Under the pieces are notes generated by a model, which was not told the DNA's origin, made no database searches, and saw only the letters and a list, made by a program, of their open reading frames with translations. This document shows, piece after piece, positions 57,571-64,000 of a stretch of DNA of 64,000 bases (its first letter is position 1; each line of letters starts with the position of its first letter). Source of the DNA: Octopus vulgaris. Taxonomy: Eukaryota. The translations under genes were made by a program, and so were the position numbers. The stretch is taken from contig OX597834.1 of NCBI GenBank assembly GCA_951406725.2, positions 10,974,001-11,038,000 of the forward strand, written 5' to 3'.

Positions 57571-57620
57571 TATGTGTCACCACCCTTTCTTGGACTAATC
57601 TTGCACAGTTCGATCTGTAA

Positions 57621-57651
<31 letters not shown>

Positions 57652-58401
57652 CACGTACACATAGCGATTAAAGCTTCCTACACATACAGAAGCATATTCT
57701 CTCACAAAAAAATACCATATATACATATACCCAAAGACAGAGTGACAAAATAGGACAAATATGATGAAGACTTTATATACGAGTAGAGATGTACTGGAAA
57801 AGTGAGGGAGTGGAGAACGAAAAAGGAGGAATACGGTTAGTTATTAAGATAAGTAAGTAGAGTAATGGAAGGAAAGCCATAGCAGAATAAATACATAATT
57901 AAATATATAGAGTCGCATCTACAAACGCATATACTTTCATTTAAATATATGCATGTTTTTCCTACATGCGTAGTAACAGAAATTCATAATCATGGACTGA
58001 ATTATTATTTAGATGCATTAACAAACCCATTATTTGATTGGTATTTTCTCCAAAGTAAATTTCAAGATAACAACCATATTTTCAGATAGAGAAAATTCGA
58101 TTCCATGGCAACACGTACAAACATATAAAATTAGAGTTGAAGAAGAAAAAAAACGGACAGTGTTTTAAACAGAATAGAATATAATTTCCTATATATTTAC
58201 TTTATTCCCTCATGCTGAGTTTATAGACTCTGTCTTTATATTCAATTCTGATGAAATATCATTGTGATTACTGGCTTGTATTATATACACTGGTTTTATA
58301 GTATTTAGTTTCCATTATGCATACATATACGTGATTTTATTGATGCACATACAACCTACACACACAGCGCGTACGCACGCACATACACACACACACACAT
58401 G

Positions 58402-58432
<31 letters not shown>

Positions 58433-58484
58433 TATATATGTATATATAACAAGAGAGAGAAATAAGAAATAGAGAGAGAGGAAG

Positions 58485-58621
58485 ACAGACAGATAGATAG
58501 ACAGATAGATAGACAGGTAGATAGGTAGATAGATGGATAGATAGATAGTTAGATAGATAGATAGATAGATAGATTATTAGATAGATAGATAGAAAGATAG
58601 ATAGATAGATATATAGACAGG

Positions 58622-58677
<56 letters not shown>

Positions 58678-58735
58678 CAGATAGGTAGGTAGATAGACAG
58701 ATGGATATATAGACAGGTAGGTAAGTAGATAGACG

Positions 58736-58814
<79 letters not shown>

Positions 58815-58830
58815 GGATCGATGGATAGAT
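58485..58830. repeat. (GATA)n tetranucleotide repeat
   Basis: Directly visible. Confidence 0.95.
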
Positions 58831-59225
58831 CTATGAGCTGCTTGTTTTGATTTCTGTTGCTTTTCTTAGGAGTTAGATTACGTTTGATGTTTTACGAGAT
58901 ATTGATAGATGCGTTACAGTTATTAAACATAAAGCAACGTTAGTATTAATTTGTATTGCCTACCTCCGAAATTGATCAAATACGTATCCATCGTAAACGA
59001 AAGTAAATACATTCCACCGTGCTGTCGCCACTAAATATTTTTACTATTGTCATTATCATGGAAGTTATTATTAGTGTTGCGATAGTAAAAAAACTGCCGA
59101 GCGGAGTGTTTGTATTACCATGATCCAATACATTCACCTGACAATGAGTAGCAGTGGCCCTAGGGATTTGAAGCTTGTACATACTATAAACTCATTCAAC
59201 TAACTTTCCTGTTATTTCCGACCAG

Positions 59226-59360
59226 ATGTCTTGAAAATCCGCACGAAATGCGGCATTCATTGCCTGTTAGCATTGGCAAATATTTATGACACCGAGATTT
59301 ACCCATATGAGCAGATTTACCCATATGCATTTCGTGTGTCTCCAGAGAGTTCAGACGAAG
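59226..59360 (+). other. Candidate 135-nt internal exon (phase 1-1) of an unidentified host transcript
   Basis: CTAAC branch-like motif, TTTCCTGTTATTTCCGACCAG| acceptor, GAAG|GTAAAT donor; one open frame VLKIRTKCGIHCLLALANIYDTEIYPYEQIYPYAFRVSPESSDE. Confidence 0.4.
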
Positions 59361-59797
59361 GTAAATACACATTTACAGATCGAACTGTGCAAGATTAGTC
59401 CAAACATAAGCATGCAATATGCTGTAGAGTTCAATATGTCTTACACTGTAAAGCCAAATTGTTAACGTCGATAATCTTTGTAGCCACGTGGAGTGAGATC
59501 TACGAAATGACAGTATTTTCGCTGCTCGAAAAGTTTAGGAATACAACATGGCGCACGTTTGACTTTAGTGGTGTCTATATTCCTGTACACATACGCATAC
59601 GTATCCTGATATGAGAACATATCTTACTCCTTTTACTCTATGTCTATAGGAGCCCTCAAAATAACTATGAATGTTCCTCTTCTTGTACTACACTATAACG
59701 CACACAAAGTCATTATTCTCTATGTAAACACTAAGAACGTTCCATTTTCTCGACAGACATTTATATTTTATTAAGATAACAATGATACAGTGTATAA

Positions 59798-60120
59798 TAT
59801 TTCGTTTTTGGATTTGGTTTGCAAGATTCTTTATGTGAGTTCGTGTGTTGAAGCATTTTCTGTTGTGTCTGGGAAGAGTAATTTTCTTTTTGTGCCTTAT
59901 AATTTAACATACACACCGGTAAAATTTCCACTTATTTCTTATTTTTATTTTCCTAAAATTATCGTTGCTTCTTGAAACCGTTGACTCAACGAAAACTTTA
60001 GGAAAATGAAAATAAGACGCAACGAAACTTTTAGGTGAATAAAAATAAGTGGAAATTTTACCGGTGAGTGTATTAAATTATAAGGCACAAAAAGAAAATG
60101 ACTCTCTCCAGACACAACAG
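59798..60120. mobile_element. Hairpin-type retroelement unit (direct plus partial inverted copy) with long TSD
   Basis: 59858-59965 inverted against ~60018-60122; AATGATACAGTG(T/C)ATAA at 59781 and 60121. Confidence 0.75.
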
Positions 60121-60934
60121 AATGATACAGTGCATAAATTTTCTCCCAACTGAAAATTATTCCGTCTTGTCTCTCTTCATAGACTGTTTAATAAATAAGT
60201 AGATTATGGCATCCTAACGATTTCTAAAACCAAAGACATAATGCTATTCATGACTATCAAATTCGTGATATTTTGCGAAATTCTTATTAGTAAAAAACAA
60301 AATTTAATATGGAAGCCATGCTTTATTTTCGTTGTAATACTTTAGTTTAAGTCTGAAATATGTGAGCCCGTTCTATTTTGTGACGAAGTAATTCTCACCC
60401 TTGTAAGAGTTGCAGCATATATATGACCGTGAGCGAGAAAAAAAAATATTTAAGGATTATGATTTTCAAAGTAAATCCGAGCCTACCGACCCACAATTTT
60501 GGGCAGAAATTTATGTAGTAAGTAAAAGGATTTCCTTCAAAAATAAGGACAATGCATTGCATGTTACCTTCGGATGCAGCTGGTACTTATTGCTTTCTAA
60601 TTAGACTGGATTAAAGTGAAAGACAGCGTCGTAGTCAGTGAATCAGCGCACAACCTAGAAGCTTTTTACTGGCGATGTTGATAATGATGTTCATTATGAT
60701 GAAAATGATGTCGATAATGACAACGAGGATGAAAGCGAATGATTAATGATACATGACATAAGATGATTGATAATTATTAAGCGAAAGTACGGTGGAATAA
60801 ATGAGTGAATTATAGAAGAGGCGGGGAGCAATATGATTGATTGTAAAAAAAATACAAACGTTTTTAGATATCTTACTATCGATTGATGTCAGGGTTAATC
60901 TCAACGTGCGGTGGATATATTTTCTGCTGCTGCT

Positions 60935-60935
60935 T

Positions 60936-60975
<40 letters not shown>

Positions 60976-61362
60976 ACTACTTTTACTACTACCACTACTA
61001 CTACCACTACAACTACTACTACTACTATTACTACTACTATTACTACCACTACCACTACAACAACTACTACTACTACTACTACTACTATTACTACAACTAC
61101 TACTACAACTATTACAACAACAACAACAACTACTACTACTACTATTACTACAACTATTACTACTACTACTACTACTACAACTATTACAACAACAACAACT
61201 ACTACTACTACAACTAGTACAACTGATACTACTACTACTACTTCTACTATAACTACTACTGCTAATAATAATAATGATGGTAATGATAATAATGATGATC
61301 GCGACGACAACGATGATGATGGTGATGATGATGATGATGACGATGATGATGACGATGATGAT
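60935..61362. repeat. (ACT)n/(ACA)n/(GAT)n trinucleotide block
   Basis: Directly visible. Confidence 0.95.
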
Positions 61363-61501
61363 GAAGTGCAGTGGGAGGAAATTTCAAGGAGTAAAAGTGA
61401 TAAAAATCATTATGATTGAATGCCGACTGAAATGGCCCAAATAAAAGAGATTTCATGAGACGATCGAAGAGTCCATGGAAGAAAAAAGAGTCTTTTTTTA
61501 C

Positions 61502-61564
<63 letters not shown>

Positions 61565-61565
61565 G

Positions 61566-61605
<40 letters not shown>

Positions 61606-61621
61606 GAAATATATATATATT

Positions 61622-62175
61622 AGAAGAAATAAGGTACTCAGAAATCTGGATGGTTTTATAGTTACAGATATTTATTAATACGTTACATGTTTTTATAAAT
61701 CATATATATCATATAAAGCACTAGCATCTACTCTAGTAGATTCTTCTGATTTGAATTTTTGGAGAGGATTCGTCACTTTTTATTGTATTAATGAGTGTGT
61801 AGGGATGGAGAGAGATTTGGGATAATAAAAACCATCTTTTACTGGAGGGGTAGACCATATGGTCTGTATGTGTTGTTTTGTCTCCCATCTTCTGGTTTTG
61901 TCCAATTTCCATTCCTTGTGTTCAGGTTTTCTGGTGAGTAGTTGGATGCTTCATGTTGTGTGTTTGTATTGTTTTGATAGTGGAGGTTGTTTTCTATCCA
62001 TCTTGTAAATTTGTGGGGTCGCATGGGGTTGATGTTTGTATGGTTTGGATTTCCTCGACGTTTATTGTAGGTTCTGTGTTGATTTCTATCTACTTGTCTA
62101 TTGCTCCATGTGTGTATACATTTAGAATGCCCAGTGCTATGTGTTGGTGGTTGTTCATATTCTGTTCGTTAGAAA
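61622..62175 (-). mobile_element. Penelope-like P3 terminus with an A/C-rich body
   Basis: AGAAGAAATAAGGTACTCAGAAATCTGGATGG resembles 63274 and the reverse complement of 48700-48735; abuts (TA)n. Confidence 0.5.
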
Positions 62176-63039
62176 ATGAGAGGGGAAAAGATCCAGAATT
62201 ATGTGGACCAAACAACAGGAAAAGAACCGTGGGGGAAAATCAATTCTGAAGACAAAACCACCAAAATTAAACGAAAAGACACAACACACCAAGATCACAA
62301 ACATACTGGACTCCCAGACACCCAAATAAACCCTACCAAACACAAGCAAAACCCCGCTCCTTACACTGCCGAACCACCCAATAAACAGACACAGAAAATA
62401 TGAAATACGACCATCGAACCAAAACCCCACAAAGACAAACATACAGACAGCAAGACAAACACGATTCATACAACCAACAATCTATAACACTTGGGCAGAA
62501 CAAACAGAGTATGAACAACCATCAACACCGCTCTTCACTCCTATCAACTTTTCCTCTCCTCTCTTGCCCTGACACCTTCCTCTCTTCACCCCTACCTACG
62601 TTCTCCTTTCATTGATACCATTCAATCCAGGCCCCACCCTACCTCACATACTCACCAACATTCTCATCCCAAACCTACACCCCGCCCTCACAATCCCACA
62701 CAGCAACACCACCGCACCACACACTACAGCATCACTACAACACATCACACCACCCCACACCACAACGCATGCACTAGCACTGACCACTTCTCAGCATCCA
62801 TACCATCATCCACACACCCACACATTACAGACACACACACAAGCACACATCCACATGTCAGTCACCAGCCTCTATCAAGACGCATACACTTACACACTCT
62901 CACATACACATACGCACGCGCACCTTTGTTTTGGGATTATCAGTACTTTATCATCTCCACTTCTTCCTACCCCTCCTGTCTAACTATTCTTGTCCAACCA
63001 GTCGCCATGATTGCCCGTTAACTCCACACATTTTTTTAT

Positions 63040-63190
63040 TATCTCTCCGTTTATTTCCTCGTTATCTTTTCTGTTGAAGAGCGTGGGCTCGAAACGTAAA
63101 AGACTTTCTCACCTCTACGAGCATTAAACTAATACACCTGTTTGTTGTTTATACACCTGTGTTCGTCTTATTTTCTGTAAATTTCAACTA
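63040..63190 (+). mobile_element. Penelope-like short unit P2, variant hammerhead at 63065-63103
   Basis: TCTTTT-CTGTTGA-A-GAGC-GTGG-GCTC-GAAACGT-A-AAAGA; ends TTCAAC|TATA. Confidence 0.65.
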
Positions 63191-63193
63191 TAC

Positions 63194-63278
<85 letters not shown>

Positions 63279-63616
63279 GAAATGAGGTTATCAGAAGATC
63301 GGATGGTTTATATTTACAGATATTTATTTATATTTTACATTTTTTATATATATATCATATCATTTAGATCATTAGCGCTTTCTCCCATTCTAGTGGGGTT
63401 TTCAAATCAAACTCAGTTCCTTTGTGGGGAATTTTAATCATTTTATAGAGTTTCGTAGTGGAGGAGAGGAATATAAGACAGTACTGTTGAAAAAAGGATT
63501 TCACTTTGTATTACTACTTGCATCTCGCTCAGAGAACTGAAACTAATTGTTTTCCTCTTTACACACGCAAACACACACAAACACACACATACACACACAC
63601 ACACACACACATACAT

Positions 63617-63803
63617 AGGCGCAGGAGTGGCTGTGTGGTAAGTAGCTTGCTTACCAACAGCATGGTTAGGGGCTCAGTCCCACTGCGTGGCACCTTGGAC
63701 AAGTGTCTTCTTCTATAGCCTCGGGCCGACCAAAGACTTGTAACTGGATCTGGTAGACGGAAACTGAAAGAAGCTCCTCGTATATATGTATATGTATATA
63801 TAA

Positions 63804-63835
<32 letters not shown>

Positions 63836-64000
63836 TTGTGTGTCGGTGTTTGTCCCCCCACATCGCTTGACAACCGATGCTGGTGTGTTTACGTCCCCGT
63901 AACTTAGCAGTTCGGCAAAAGAAAGACCGATAGAATAAGTACTAGGCTTACAAAGAATAAATCCTGGGGTCGAGTTGCTCGACTAAAGGCGGTGTTCCAG
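63617..64000 (+). mobile_element. SINE family A (runs off the window)
   Basis: Family consensus. Confidence 0.92.

Noticed and set aside
60883-61419. Thr/Asp-rich ORF ending DEVQWEEISRSKSDKNHYD
   Set aside because: Almost entirely (ACT)n/(GAT)n repeat; no splice or domain support

Overview
This is AT-rich, non-genic or intronic eukaryotic DNA packed with microsatellites ((TA)n, (CA)n, (AAT)n, (AGT)n, (GATA)n, (GAA)n) and transposon relics. The SINE families, TTAGGG runs and repeat landscape point to a cephalopod, probably Octopus; this is an inference. No intact protein-coding gene is visible, and nearly all listed ORFs are microsatellite or repeat artefacts. Recognisable elements: two abundant tRNA-derived SINE families, degenerate R4/Dong, CR1 and RTE LINEs, two mariner relics, two non-autonomous Helitrons, GGATC-ended MITE/foldback elements and an (AAT)n-anchored element. 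The most notable signals are four. (1) At least eight minimal hammerhead-ribozyme motifs lie in short Penelope-like units that all abut (TA)n tracts, including a near-perfect 485-bp palindrome with one ribozyme on each strand. (2) SINE multimers (2, 3 and 7 units) at three separate loci share essentially the same head-less junction. (3) An ~870-bp nested foldback element. (4) A candidate 135-nt exon is bracketed by a perfect 39-bp long-range inverted repeat. Coordinates were read by eye and are approximate to a few bases.
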